Part shown: in pieces, positions 37,314-49,066 of the stretch | Layout: every line of letters starts with the position of its first letter | Position numbering within the stretch: the stretch's first letter is position 1 | Assembly: GCF_001194135.2 (NCBI RefSeq) | Contig: NC_068989.1 | Location: 3,273,890 to 3,337,889, forward strand | DNA length: 64,000 bases | Reading direction: 5' to 3' | Origin: Octopus bimaculoides | Lineage: Eukaryota | Made by a program: the position numbers and the translations under genes | The notes under the pieces: model-generated | Seen by the model: the letters and a program-made list of their open reading frames with translations, nothing else | What the model was told of the DNA's origin: nothing | Databases searched by the model: none

Positions 37314-37999
37314 ATTAACATTAGTAAATAAGTGAGTATTGCAAATGTGTAACGGGGCCTTTAACAAACAGGCCTGCACAAAGAATAACAAAGGAAGTCT
37401 AGTGAAAGAGAATTGCTTCTTCAATCCTTGGTAAGCATAGAATGGAGACAACAGAAGCCAGACATTAGGTGTCGGGTTACTTTGACGAGTGAAACTATGC
37501 AATGTCGACGGGGGCAGGGCTATGTATCTCCCTCCACAGTAACCCAACATACCTGATTTTTAACTTGCCAATAGAGAGAACCAGTTGTCTCTTGTAATTC
37601 TAGCAATGATATAGATATGGTATTCATATAATTGTTTCATTCCCCTAATTAATAAGGTTTGTTTTAACGTTACTTTCAGCCAATGCCAGATGTGGGTGTA
37701 ATGTGAGTATTTGTGTCTTATCTTTTACTTGCTTCAGTGGTTCGACTGTAGCCATGCTGGAGCACCACTTTGAAGAATTTTTAGTTTAATGGATAAACCT
37801 AAGTACTTATTTTCTGCTGGGGTCCCTTTCCACTAACAAGTTCCCCATATAGCATGGATACATACATATACACACACACACACACACATAGCTTAGTAGA
37901 GTTAGCGGTTGGAATAACCATCTAAGGGATAAGAAGATACGTTTTTATACACATACATACATATACGTATATATACATACACACACACACACATATACA

Positions 38000-38131
38000 T
38001 GACTGGTTTCCACACAGTTTCCATCCACAAGGCATTGGTCGGTCTGGGGCTTTAGTAGAAGACACTTGCCCAAGGTGCCATAGAGGGGAACTGAACCGGA
38101 AACCACCCGGTTGCAAAGCAAGCTTCTTAAC
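38000..38131 (-). mobile_element. SINE family A 5' part, about 25 nt from a splice donor
   Basis: cacaaggcattggtcgg..tagtagaagacacttgcccaaggtgcc..gcaagcttcttaacc. Confidence 0.8.
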
Positions 38132-38157
38132 CTACACAAAGTAAAGAAGGAACTTAC

Positions 38158-38265
38158 CTGAGACAACTGCGGGCCCTGTTGTGATATATTTGAGTTAAAG
38201 ACCTTTAGTAATTCCTGCATCTTGGTGATGCGATCCTCTTCAATAACTTGCATCTGAGCAGCACC
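38158..38265 (-). CDS. NOSTRIN: NOSTRIN-like F-BAR exon: GAAQMQVIEEDRITKMQELLKVFNSNISQQGPQLSQ
   Basis: aaacag acceptor and GTAAGT donor, 108 nt, phase 0-0. Has the QxxEExR F-BAR signature. Confidence 0.92.
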
Positions 38266-38973
38266 CTGTTTGAAAACATTAGCACGTTAGTCAATATATT
38301 CTTTATGAGAATTTACTTATTCATTCAGGGAGCAGTTGATGACAATAAATTTAAAGGGTTCCTCTGAAGCATTTAATCTAATTTAGGGTTGCCACAGTGG
38401 CTGGGTTTTTTTTCTTTTAAAGCCTAATATCATGTTTTTATCCCCTCCGACCCACCCCATTTGGTTGGCTTCATAATATCTGTTTGTTTTTATTTCTTTA
38501 TTTTATTTCTTATAAGGCCAGGAGTTCGATTCCCAATGGCATGTTGTGTCCTTGAGCAAGACACTTTACTTCACTTTGCTCCAGTCCACTCAGCTGCCAA
38601 AAATGAGTTGTACCTGTAATTCAAAGGGGCCGGCCTTGTCACATTCTGTTACACACTGAATCTCCCTGAGAACTACATTAAGGGTACGTGTGCATGTCAG
38701 TTGGGTTGATCATAGAGGACTGGACAGGGCTCTTCCTACAGCCACGGGATTTGAAGATTGCTCCTCTCCAACAAAAAACAAAACAAAAAAACGTTCATTA
38801 ATCTGGACATGGTTCTTCATAGTGGACAGGACAGTCTTTCATAAAGACATGCTATGAAATTTGAAGACTGCTCCCACACCATACAGGAGACCCCCCCAAA
38901 AAAAGAAAAGAAACTGAGGAAGACCCGAGAAGCAAGAAAATAGCAGCAGCAGCAGCAGCAGCGTACGTGTTAC

Positions 38974-39090
38974 CTTTAATATGCTGAGATCCCATTCTTG
39001 TCGAGCTGCTTCTGCCTTTTGGCATGCTTCACTGTATTCTTTGTCACACTTCTGTACCACGTCATACTGTTGCCGACACTTCTTCTCCAA
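38974..39090 (-). CDS. NOSTRIN: NOSTRIN-like F-BAR exon: LEKKCRQQYDVVQKCDKEYSEACQKAEAARQEWDLSILK
   Basis: ttgtcag acceptor and GTAACA donor, 117 nt, phase 0-0. Confidence 0.9.
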
Positions 39091-39758
39091 CTGACAACGA
39101 AAATCAAGAAATAAATAATTAAAAACTGCTCTAAATGGTCATATCAGTTATTATTCTAGAAAACATAGGATAATGTAAGCCAATATAGACTTCAAGAGTG
39201 CTCCAGCAAGGCCACAGTTCAGTGACAGAAACAATTCACAAACACACACACACACGAATTGTCTATTGTCAGCAGGTTTGACAAAGAGACCTAATAGGTC
39301 ATGTGGAATTAAAATGCTCCAGCATGACCCCCTCAGGTTAGAAGTTCAATGACCTTGATAGAGAGAGAGAGAGAGAGACACACACAAAAGAACAGTTAGG
39401 CATACACACATTACCCAGTTACATTATTCCTATCTTCTAAACAACCATTCACCATTCTATTTGTTGTAGAGTTTCACAGCAGGAAGTCAGGAAGATATCC
39501 AGCTGTGAAAATATTTATTCAAACGAATCACAGGAAATATTCAAATTTAGGGTAGGAAAAAAAAAAACAAAAAAACACACAAGCAAACAAACAACCAAGA
39601 CAACATGAAATCTCTCTGTCCCCCCCTCTCTCTCTCTTATACACATGTAAACATTCACATTCCTTGTAACTATGCATGCATGGATGAAAGAGTTTGTTTG
39701 ATTCTGCAATTGAGTTTACAGTCAGACAGCTTTTTCCTCCTGTTTACCACTTAAACAA

Positions 39759-40080
39759 GGCGCAATGGCCCAGTGGTTAGGGCAGCGGACTCACGGTCAT
39801 AGGATCGCGGTTTCGATTCCCAGACCGGGCGTTGTGAATGTTTATTGAGCGAAAACACCTGAAGCTTCACGAGGCTCCGGCAGGGGATGGTGGAGAACCC
39901 TACTGTACTCTTTCACCACAACTTTCTCTCACTCTTACTTCCTGTTTCTGTTGTGCCTGTAATTCAAAGGGTCAACCTTGTCACACTCTGTGTCACGCTG
40001 AGTATCCCCCGAGAACTATGTTAAGGGTACACGTGTCTGTGGAGTGCTCAGCCACTTGCACATTAATTTCACAAGCAGGC
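39759..40080 (+). mobile_element. tRNA-derived SINE family D, near full length
   Basis: ggcgcaatggcccagtggttagg (A box) ... ggtttcgattccc (B box), then a non-tRNA body. Confidence 0.85.
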
Positions 40081-40269
40081 TTCAAGGATATGTCTGATTA
40101 TTTCTAGCAGGTCAAGTGACTGTATAATGGCTCCCTTAAGTGCCATGCTCAGGGTCACAATGAAATATCAGTAATAACATACAAACTTATGATAATGCGT
40201 CCAGTAATCCATTTATACATCACGGTTATAAAGGATTTTTGCTTGAAACATTATAAAAATGACACTCAC

Positions 40270-40377
40270 CTTAGTTATATCTCTGTCTGTGTATTTCCCT
40301 TTGCCATCTCTGGCTTCTGCAAGTTGCTCCTCAAATTTTTCTAAATCTCTCGACATACTAAAGGCGTTCTTTTTGGT
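40270..40377 (-). CDS. NOSTRIN: NOSTRIN-like F-BAR exon: TKKNAFSMSRDLEKFEEQLAEARDGKGKYTDRDITK
   Basis: ttgcag acceptor and GTGAGT donor, 108 nt, phase 0-0. Confidence 0.9.
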
Positions 40378-40489
40378 CTGCAACCATAAACATAATAAAC
40401 ATTCATTTCGGTTTCCTTTTTTTTTATTTTTATTTATTTATTTTACATGAACATATAATCACAAATAATTGAAGAAATGAGTGGTTGCT

Positions 40490-40660
40490 TGTAAAAAGCA
40501 CCCACTACACTCTCGGAGTGGTTAGCATTAGGAAGGGCATCCAGCTGTAGAAACCTTGCCAGATCAGATTGGAGCCTGGTGCAGCCTCCTGGCTTTCCAG
40601 TCCTCAGTGAAACCGTCCAACCCATGCCAGCATGGAAAACGGACGTTAAACAATGATGAT
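40490..40660 (+). mobile_element. Family C (RTE 3'-end) copy
   Basis: aaaaagcacccactacactctcggagtgg...ggacgttaaacaatgatgatg. Confidence 0.85.
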
Positions 40661-40842
40661 GGGGTTTGAAGAATAGATGACTGCCACAGAATATGCTCTT
40701 GCATAAAATTCTGGGTTTCAAAACCCCTCTGGGTTGATGTCACCTATTCATCATTTAATACTCAATAACATAAGTACCAGTCATATGATAAGGTCCATTT
40801 GTTCATTCTTGGGTGGAGAAAAGAGAAACGTGTGACTATATA

Positions 40843-41215
40843 TGTGTAGGCATGGCTGTGTGGAAAGAAGTTTGCTTCCTAATCACATGGTTCCGGGTTC
40901 AGTCCCACCATGGCAACTTGGGCAAATGTCTTCTACTACAGCCTCAGGCCAACCAAAAGCCTTGTGAGTGGGTTTGGTAGATGGAAACTGAAAAAAAGCC
41001 CATTCTATATATGCATGTGTTCCCCATCACCGTTTGACAACCGGTGTTGGTTTGTTTACATCCCCCGTAATTTAGTGGTTTGGCAAAAGAGACCGATAAA
41101 ATAAATATCAGGGGGGGGGGGTTAAAAGGCAGAATAAGTACGGAGGTCGATCCATTTGGCTAAAAAATTCTTCGAGGTGATGCCCCAGCATGGCCACAGT
41201 CTAACAGGCCTAATC
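40843..41215 (+). mobile_element. SINE family A
   Basis: ggcatggctgtgtggaaagaag..ggttccgggttcagtccc...ccccagcatggccacagtc. Confidence 0.85.
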
Positions 41216-41770
41216 AAGAAGCGGGACTGGAATTGTGAAGTCATCTTACCAGCAGCCTCATTGCTAGACAAACACTCACTGAAAAGTATTTGATTTCCTA
41301 CAGCCGCACATGGACGCACAAGTGGACGGAAGGGGTGCAGCCACACAAATCCCAGGACAACAACTCAAAGTCAATAACTCATTGTTCTTGAAAGGCAAGA
41401 AAAAAAATAAAGTTCACTTCAGAAGGATATTTGGTTCTTTAATATATAATTAGCTGTTTTACCGTTAATCATTCAAACAGAATTAGGTCAGCCAGAATCA
41501 TTACGAAATTATGATCAATTATATAATGTAATTGTTACTATTCGTAGTCTTATATTGGCTAAAGACCACACATTTACGTTGACAGGGGTTGGTTTTATTG
41601 AAGGAGTTCAATAAATAGGCCCAGGCTTGTCTATGTGGTTAAGAAGGTCACTTTGTAATCACATGGTTCTGAGTTCAGTCCCACTGCATGGCCCCTTGGG
41701 CAAGTATCTTCTACTATAGCCCCGAGGTGACCAAAGCCTTGTGAGTGAATTTGGGGAGATAAGAACTATG

Positions 41771-42233
41771 TGCCAATATAACATGGCAGTCCTGGTTTAG
41801 GATGAATGTTGCTGTAATTTAGTCCCAGGAGACATTGTCTGCAGCTGGCTATATGAGATGATCTGTGTCCTTATATTTTCGAACAAGGGAATGTAGCACC
41901 CCCACTCAGCTCAAAACAATATCTGTGTATCACGATTTCTGGGTTATTTCCCTTCATCAGCTCAGAATATCTCTCGTGAGATTTAAAAATAATAATTTTC
42001 TAATTTATAGAACAGTGATTAGTTGTCACTTTGAAAACTATATATTTCAAACGGAAATTTGGCAGCGCCACCTCTAGCCAAACAATTATTCTGTGCTGAG
42101 TGGGGGTGCTAGATTCCCTTGTTCGAAAATATAAGGACACAGATTGTGTCATATAGCCAACTGGAGATGATTCTCCTGGGGCTAAATTAAAGCAACATTC
42201 GTCCTAAACCAGGACTCCCATGGTATGTTGGCA
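41771..42233. mobile_element. 463-bp fold-back element with about 150-bp inverted arms
   Basis: 41771-41920 pairs with about 42083-42233 (e.g. ctgtgtccttatattttcgaacaagggaat / attcccttgttcgaaaatataaggacacag). Confidence 0.9.
41918..41970 (-). ncRNA. Type-I hammerhead motif in the loop of the fold-back element
   Basis: ATATTCTGAG-CTGATGA-A-GGG aaataa CCC-A-GAAA, helix III ATCGTGAT, AUA triplet (H17 at 41928), CACAGATATT. Confidence 0.65.
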
Positions 42234-42344
42234 AATGATCTTTACTCCAAGACACATAAGTTGTTGGCTGCTAAGCAACTAAGAGTATACCTAGCTGAGA
42301 TCCATACTCTAAACATGTGAATTGTAACAGTCTGGAGATGTTGT

Positions 42345-42510
42345 CATTTAGATGAACCCCAGTATGCAACTGGTACTTAAATTATTGACCCTGAAAGGAC
42401 AAAAGGCAAAGTCAACCTTGGCAGAATTTGAACTCAGGATGTAAAGACAGATGAAATACTGCAAAGCATTTCACCCAGCGTGCTAACGTTTCTGCCAGCT
42501 CGCCGCCTTC
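42345..42510 (-). mobile_element. SINE family B
   Basis: actggtacttaaattattgaccc..gaatttgaactcag..gctaacgtttctgccagctcgccgcc. Confidence 0.85.
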
Positions 42511-42605
42511 AGACAAAAATAATGACATACAGACAGACATAACATTCGTTGTGAAGGGAGCGGGGAGGAAAAAAGGAGTTGATAGAGCAACAACATTAAG
42601 CTTAC

Positions 42606-42668
42606 TTTGTATTCATCGTTTCTGCGATCTGCCAACTGACGGACAGCTTTCTCCACCATTGCTTCAAT
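42606..42668 (-). CDS. NOSTRIN: NOSTRIN-like F-BAR exon: IEAMVEKAVRQLADRRNDEYK
   Basis: tcttcag acceptor and GTAAGC donor, 63 nt, phase 0-0. Confidence 0.9.
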
Positions 42669-44273
42669 CTGAAGATAAATTTATATGAGGAGACATTAAA
42701 CTGAATGTAAGTTAATAGATGCGCGCACACACACACACACACACTTGCCCAAGGTGAGTAGAAGATTCCCTTCTTTTCTTACACTATGAATTCCTTTGAG
42801 CAAAAATGGAGTAAATCGTTAAACTGCAAACAAATATAAAATCTCTATAGAGTACTCTTTCTCCTGGTCCTACCTCTAAATGAATGAATTAATAATGAAT
42901 ATAGAGGTACAGACACATATATGTATCTATTGTAATTTTAGCAAATTAAAAACATACTTAGTGTAGGTGTGTTGATGTGTGTTTGTGTGCATTTGGAGAA
43001 ATATTTCCCTGCTTGGAAACAGGTGAGGGTTGGCAACAGGAAGTCTGCCTCAATAAACTCTGTCCAACATATGCAAGAGGATGTTAAAGCAACAATGATT
43101 ATCACACAAGAATCAACATTTGTGATAAGCTTGATAGAAGCAATATTTGAATGTAGTTCTAATTCCTGGTGTACTGACGGCAGCTAACCTGACCTCCCTA
43201 CTACCCTCCCATACTTACTTTCTGTCCGTTGAGACAATCTGACAAACCCCCCCACAACACACATGTTTTTGTCACCCTCTTCTCAACGTAGTACAAAAGC
43301 CTCGTTTTTATTCTTTGTTTTATTTATTTTTTATTTGCAACGTGACAGCACTTTTTATTCATTAAGATAATTATAATTACAAAGAAGAGGGACAGAAAAA
43401 AATGACAATATCCACAAATGAAATAATGCCTTGCGCAAGATTTTTATTTAGGTTTTGCATTCAAATCCCAATTGTGGTTGTCTTCCATTGTTACAGAGTC
43501 TGATAAGATAAGTACTAATTAAGCGCTGGAGTTGATTCAACCAATTGCGCCCCCTCCCCCCCTAAAATGATTTGTACCTCTGTCCCCTCTATTATAATCT
43601 AATCTCTCCACTCCCCCCTCTCAGCTGAGAGGTCCTTGTCTTGCAAGCTTGCAGGTGTTGGTCCCACACAATGAGCATCCAGTTCACTCTGTAAGGTAGT
43701 TTGGCACTAAGAAGGGCATCAGGCCAGAGGAAACCATGCCAAAGCAGACATTACGGAGCTTGGTACCGCTCTCCAGCTTGCCAACTCCTGTCGAACTCTC
43801 CCACCCATGCCAGCAAGGAAAATGGACATCAGATGATGATGATGAAGTTGTTAGACTCCGTTAATGCCCTTTACAGTTTGAGTTCAAATCTTATACACAG
43901 CCGGTACTTTACCCCACTGCCTCTCAGGTTTTGGCTTTTTGTATGCACCTAGGTGAAATTTTTGCGATATTTGGCATTTTCACAAAGCAAGAGACTGAGT
44001 ACCCACAGAGGGAAGAGATTGCTGTGTCTAAATATATACATGTGTGTGTAACAGATTATGTTGTTTCCAGTGTATTTAGATGTTCAAATGTACTTATATT
44101 TTAATTAGCTCTATCTCCAGATATCAGTACAATACAGAATTGGATATATTACAAGATCAGATCATGTATATATATATAAATATATAAATATATATATATA
44201 TATACCAAAAATCTTTTTTTCAGAATGAGATAAAAAAACCAAGGCTGTGAAGATTTTAGAACATTTATAAACA

Positions 44274-44600
44274 GGTCTTACAGCTGTTTCCAGGATATTT
44301 CCGGAGACGGTGTGAGAAGATGGTTAAGCAATAGTTAATTTAGATAAGATACGAAATAGAGAGTGAAGTGGAGGAATGAAAATAGATGTGAGATATGCAG
44401 GGATATTGCATTTGTAGGTCCATTATTTAGGCAGAATGGTATGCATATAAGATTCCAATACCTTGTGAGTAAATTCCAATAGTATCTAAAATTGGTCATT
44501 CCAAGTATAGAGTTTGTACACATTGCTATTGAATCAAGGGTTTTATTTAAAGTGACCCAAAAGTAGGGAAACCTTACAAATACATTCCCTTGTAACTTTA
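44274..44600 (-). mobile_element. Degenerate Penelope-like 3' end with a hammerhead remnant
   Basis: ccgtctccg-[deletion]-gaaatatcctgGAAACAGCTGTAAGAC matches 11561-11616. Upstream frameshifted WND/ILDT/KVLESY weakly resembles a GIY-YIG C-terminus. Confidence 0.4.
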
Positions 44601-44714
44601 ATAATGATCCTTGGTGGTCCCTAACTTGTCTCATTTTAACATCTTTTTCTTTTTTTGTTAGTGTGGATATAAAAAATGAATAAACCCTGAAAGGAATGAA
44701 CAGAATTTACTTAC

Positions 44715-44796
44715 CGGCCGACGGGTTTTCTGTTGTGTTTCTACCCACGTTTTTAGGGGTTTAGATATTTCATCCCATAATGCCCGACTGAGTTGC
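44715..44796 (-). CDS. NOSTRIN: NOSTRIN-like F-BAR exon: (K)QLSRALWDEISKPLKTWVETQQKTRRP
   Basis: ttctcag acceptor and GTAAGT donor, 82 nt, phase 2 to 0. Confidence 0.92.
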
Positions 44797-46078
44797 CTGA
44801 GAAATAAGGATTTCAAGACCCATTTACATCATATGACAAAAATGCAATCACAAACAAATAAATAAAATACAAAATCTCTTAAGACCCATCCATCAAGCTT
44901 TTATAAGCTAGTAATTATTTCCATTTTGATGGTGTTAAGTAAATGAAAGCTTAAAAATCTTATCCTGGATAGGACACCATGCTAATACAGGTGACTTTCC
45001 CAGATAAGGTAGTTGACATTCAGAAAGTATAGAATTATAGAATTCAGTGTTTTGCCCCCAAACACGTGCCATGGATTTGAACTTGAAGTCTATATTAATT
45101 GGTTGTCTAAAACTAAATCCACTTGGTCAGTTTGTTATACACATAGGTGCAGGTATGGCCATCTGGTTTTGGGTCTGTCTCTCTGCATGGCACCTTAGGC
45201 AAGTGTTCTCTACTATAGTCCTGGGCTGACCAAAACCTTGAGAGTATATTTGGTAGAAGGAAACTGAAAGAAGCTTGTTGCATATGTATGCGTATGTGTG
45301 TGTGTGTACCCTTGCCTACACATCACACAATGGTTGTAAATGAGCATCACTGTCAAATAGCGATTTCCAGTCTTCTGTGAAAAATATGTCTAGCTATGGA
45401 AAAATATCAGCTTGCTTGGAAACAGGTGGGTGATGGCAACAGGAAGAACATTTGGCTATAGAAAATCTGTTTTGACAAATTCCATCCAACCCATGCAAAT
45501 ATGGAGAAGTGGACACTGAATTACGATGACCATGCTTATGAACGCACAAATACAGTCCAATGGAACATTTCTTATGGAACATTTCTTTTACGAAGCAGCA
45601 TTTTGCTTCCTTGTTTTACAGTCTACCATCGTTGGATAATTGTTTCAAATCCATTCATTTGCAGTGGTTTCTACTGTGTTCTTTGAAAGCCCCAATCTAA
45701 TGTATTTATGATAAAAAGAAGGACATCCAGCCATAGAAACCAGGCCAAATCAGACTGGAACCTGGTGCGGCTCTTCAGCTTGTCAATTTCTGTCAAACTG
45801 TCAATTTCTGTCAAACTGTCAAACTGTCCAAACCATGGAAAACAGACATTGACTGATGATAAGTATGTAGAGTAGTCTTGCTAGTGATGGCATGGTATAT
45901 CCTTTACGATAATGTGCCATCACCAAACATGACAAGGACCGAAGTCCTTGTCGTGAATCAAACTTGCTATATTGCTGAAGAGAAGAAGGAAAATCAGATG
46001 TGGAGGGGGNNNNNNNNNNNNNNNNNNNNNNNNNNNNNNNNNNNNNNNNNNNNNNNNNGGGGGGGGGGGGAGGCTTAC

Positions 46079-46141
46079 TTGTGGAATTCAGATTCATGAT
46101 CCATTTCAACAGAAGTAGCTTTCCAGCCGTCAGTCAGACTT
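46079..46141 (-). CDS. NOSTRIN: NOSTRIN-like F-BAR exon: (G)SLTDGWKATSVEMDHESEFH(K)
   Basis: atttcag acceptor and GTAAGC donor, 63 nt, phase 2-2. Contains the conserved W and H. Confidence 0.92.
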
Positions 46142-46425
46142 CTGAAATATAGAAGATATGTAATGTTATTATTTAAAAAAAAATTCAAACACATGTCTGT
46201 GTATATATATGTATGTAATTATGTGTGTCTGAATGCCTACCTGAGAGAGAGGAGGAGAGAGAGAGAAAGAGAGAGAGATAGATATAGGAAAGCGAATAAA
46301 GCAGAGATAGGAAATGGGTGTGAGTGTGTAGATAGATACATATATTATAAGAGGATGAGCGGAAACATTAATCTCGCCACCATACACGTGTGTTTGTGAA
46401 ACAAGGTCATTCAGATTAAACTTAC

Positions 46426-46506
46426 CCGCTGGAATTAGAAGACAGCTTCATGATCTTTGAACTGAGTCGGCTTAATCCCTTTGCATACGTTGTCTCTATG
46501 TCAGCT
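46426..46506 (-). CDS. NOSTRIN: NOSTRIN-like FCH exon: (R)ADIETTYAKGLSRLSSKIMKLSSNSS(G)
   Basis: cattttag acceptor and GTAAGT donor, 81 nt, phase 2-2. Has the ERAxxExxYAKxL FCH signature. Confidence 0.93.
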
Positions 46507-46919
46507 CTAAAATGAGAGAGAGAGAAGAGAATGATGATGACGATGATGATGATGATGATGAAAATTTTGTACTACACAAAATTTTAAGAATGGTTACAGA
46601 ATAAAGAATTGCAAAATCAGATAAGAGATGATTAAAATAAAAGAGGCTTGGGTTTAGAAGCTACCAGGACTACCTCAAAGGGTTTAGCTGGACAAATTAA
46701 CCAGTGTTTATTAAGTTAGGTACTTAGTCTATTGGTCTCTTTTAAGGAGGCAAACATAAAAACTTGCAAGTTGCCCAAGGTGCTGCATGATGGGACTGAA
46801 CCAGAAACCACCTGGTTGCAAAGCAAGCTTCTTGATCATACAACCGTGCCTGTACCTATGAAGACAGGTTAACGAACATTGATCCAAATGGAAAATGGAC
46901 ACAAGGATAACAATATGTA

Positions 46920-47215
46920 TCATCATCATCGTTTAACGTCCGTTTTCCATGCTGGCATGGGTTGGACAGTTTGACTGAGGTCTGGGAAGCCAGGAGGCTG
47001 CACCAGGCTCCAATCTCACCTGGCAATGTTTCTACAGCTGGATGCCAGGTCTCGAAAGATGACAACGTCTATCGAAGACAGATTATCCGAGTCGTAGGTG
47101 CAAGCATGGCTGTGTGGTTAAGAAGCTCAGTTTGCAACCATGTGGTTTCAGGTTCAATCCCACTGCACAGCATCTTGGGTAAATGTCTTCTACTCTACTG
47201 CTATAGTCCTAGGCT
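46920..47215. mobile_element. Family C copy followed by a family A 5' fragment
   Basis: catcatcatcgtttaacgtccgttttccatgc... then ggtgcaagcatggctgtgtggttaagaagc... Confidence 0.75.
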
Positions 47216-47663
47216 ATATTCAATAAAAACTATATTCAATAAAAAGTCTGATTTACTGAAAATGTAAATTCAAAACCAGATTCATTTAATATTATAATGG
47301 GAAAGAGAGAGAGAGAGAGGGAGAGGTCGTTTTGAAAAGTCAAATGTCCTCCATCTCCTTAAAAAACACACACAAACCTTTTGCACAGATGTGACATGAA
47401 ACTAGAGAATCATGGGAACCAGAGTTTGAAATGCACAAATATGTTAAAGAAAAAAAATGAGGGAAAATAAAGTATTTAAAGTTAGAAAAAAATGTAGGGA
47501 TGGTTTAATTCTAATTTAGAAGTTGATTTTAAAATAGTTGTATTGTGATAAGAAGACTGATTATGGTGAGAGAATATGTTTGAGTCATTGGATGTAATAC
47601 ACACACACATATCCACACATACAAAAGCAAAGAGATAGAAAGATGGGTAATCCAAGAAGGAAA

Positions 47664-47712
<49 letters not shown>

Positions 47713-48980
47713 AAGAGAAAGAAAGAGAGAACAGAACAGAACAGAAAGCAAATTATAATTAACAATTAAAAATAAGAGAGAAACAAACTTGGAAAAGACA
47801 ATAACAACAACCAGAAGCAAATAAGAAAAAAAGAAAAAGAAACAATAAGCAAATAAGAAAGCCACAAAAGAATAAATATATAATAAATAAACAAAATAAA
47901 ATGAGCGCAAAAAATTATCGTTGTGAATTTGAAGAGACACTTGTGATTGCATCCAGACCAAAGATTTTAATTAAAGAAAAATAGTAATAAAAAAATAAAA
48001 TGTAATCAGCTAAATTAATGGGTGGAAAGTCCACATCATTTAGCTACTTCAATCACACACACACACACACACACACACGCTGTTATCTGTTATCAACAGG
48101 TGGTGTCTCCTTCATTAAGATAAGCTGATGCATTGCTACTCCACCAAGAAAAGAAAAGAAGAAAATGCCACTACCACCACCAGCCAAAAAGGACCCCCCC
48201 CACTCAATATGCGAAAAGTTTTCCACTACAATGTGCTGCAATGTAGTGCACAGGTGTGTTGCGAGTTCTTGAGATGAGTCAGGAAAGTGCTCAGAAGACT
48301 TTGGTGCTTTTTTAATGCACTGACAGCAGAATGCAACACATGCACTCATCTTCTTCAATTTAAAATAATCTTAAGATTTATTTTATGTCACAACACCTTT
48401 CAGAAGCTGGAGGTGTTCTGTAACACTTTTAGTGTGGATTGAAAATCATTGCTCCATGTGGTCACTTAATCTGCTAGAAAGAGCAGTCAATGAGTTCATA
48501 ACCAATTGGATTGGTCACAAAGGTCACCGCAGAACATTTTAACAGACCTGTTGTATATATATATTAGACAAGTCAGCTACAGGAGCCAACTGGGGGGAGA
48601 ATTAGGGGTAGACCAAGAACAAGATGACTGGATGATAGCCATGGTTGAGCTGGTCATGCTTGGAAATCCAGTCAGAAAGTGTAATGACAGTTGCTTTTGA
48701 TAGGACTCTATGGAGAAAGTGCACCTCCATGACCATCCCCAAAATAGTGGGTTGAGAAAATGGATGGATGATTAATTTTACTAAATCCTTCCAAACCTCT
48801 GCAACATAATGGAATCTGCTAAAGACATCCAAGACCCAATTGGTAATGCTGAACTGCACAAGACATAAAATCTATGCAAGAACAGTCTACCAATGGCTCT
48901 TCCTCACAGTTTCCACCGACTTTATTTCATTCAGGAAAAACGAGACAAAGGTAAAATGAAGAAAATCTAAAAAGACTTAC

Positions 48981-49066
48981 CTTTCTTGCATAATATTTGC
49001 GACATCTTTGGCAAATTCAGCCCCCTGCTTTACTATCTTCCGTAATTCTTCAAACCCATTCACCCC
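48981..49066 (-). CDS. NOSTRIN: NOSTRIN-like FCH exon: GVNGFEELRKIVKQGAEFAKDVANIMQE(R)
   Basis: ttttgcag acceptor and GTAAGT donor, 86 nt, phase 0 to 2. Matches the start of the FCH domain. Confidence 0.93.

Noticed and set aside
39759-39830. tRNA genes at SINE heads (also about 5150-5190 and 29920-29998)
   Set aside because: A/B boxes are present, but there is no complete acceptor stem and they run into repeat bodies.
42060-42080. CTCF-like AGGTGGCGCTG on the minus strand
   Set aside because: Only the 3' half matches, and it lies inside a repeat.
45603-45658. MNGFETIIQRW*TVKQGSK, resembling the FCH exon (duplicated exon?)
   Set aside because: In-frame stop, three extra codons and no splice sites; most likely chance.
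48083-48358. 91-aa minus-strand ORF (and the 66-aa ORF at 50461-50661)
   Set aside because: No recognisable domain or usable splice phase, and not needed for the gene model.
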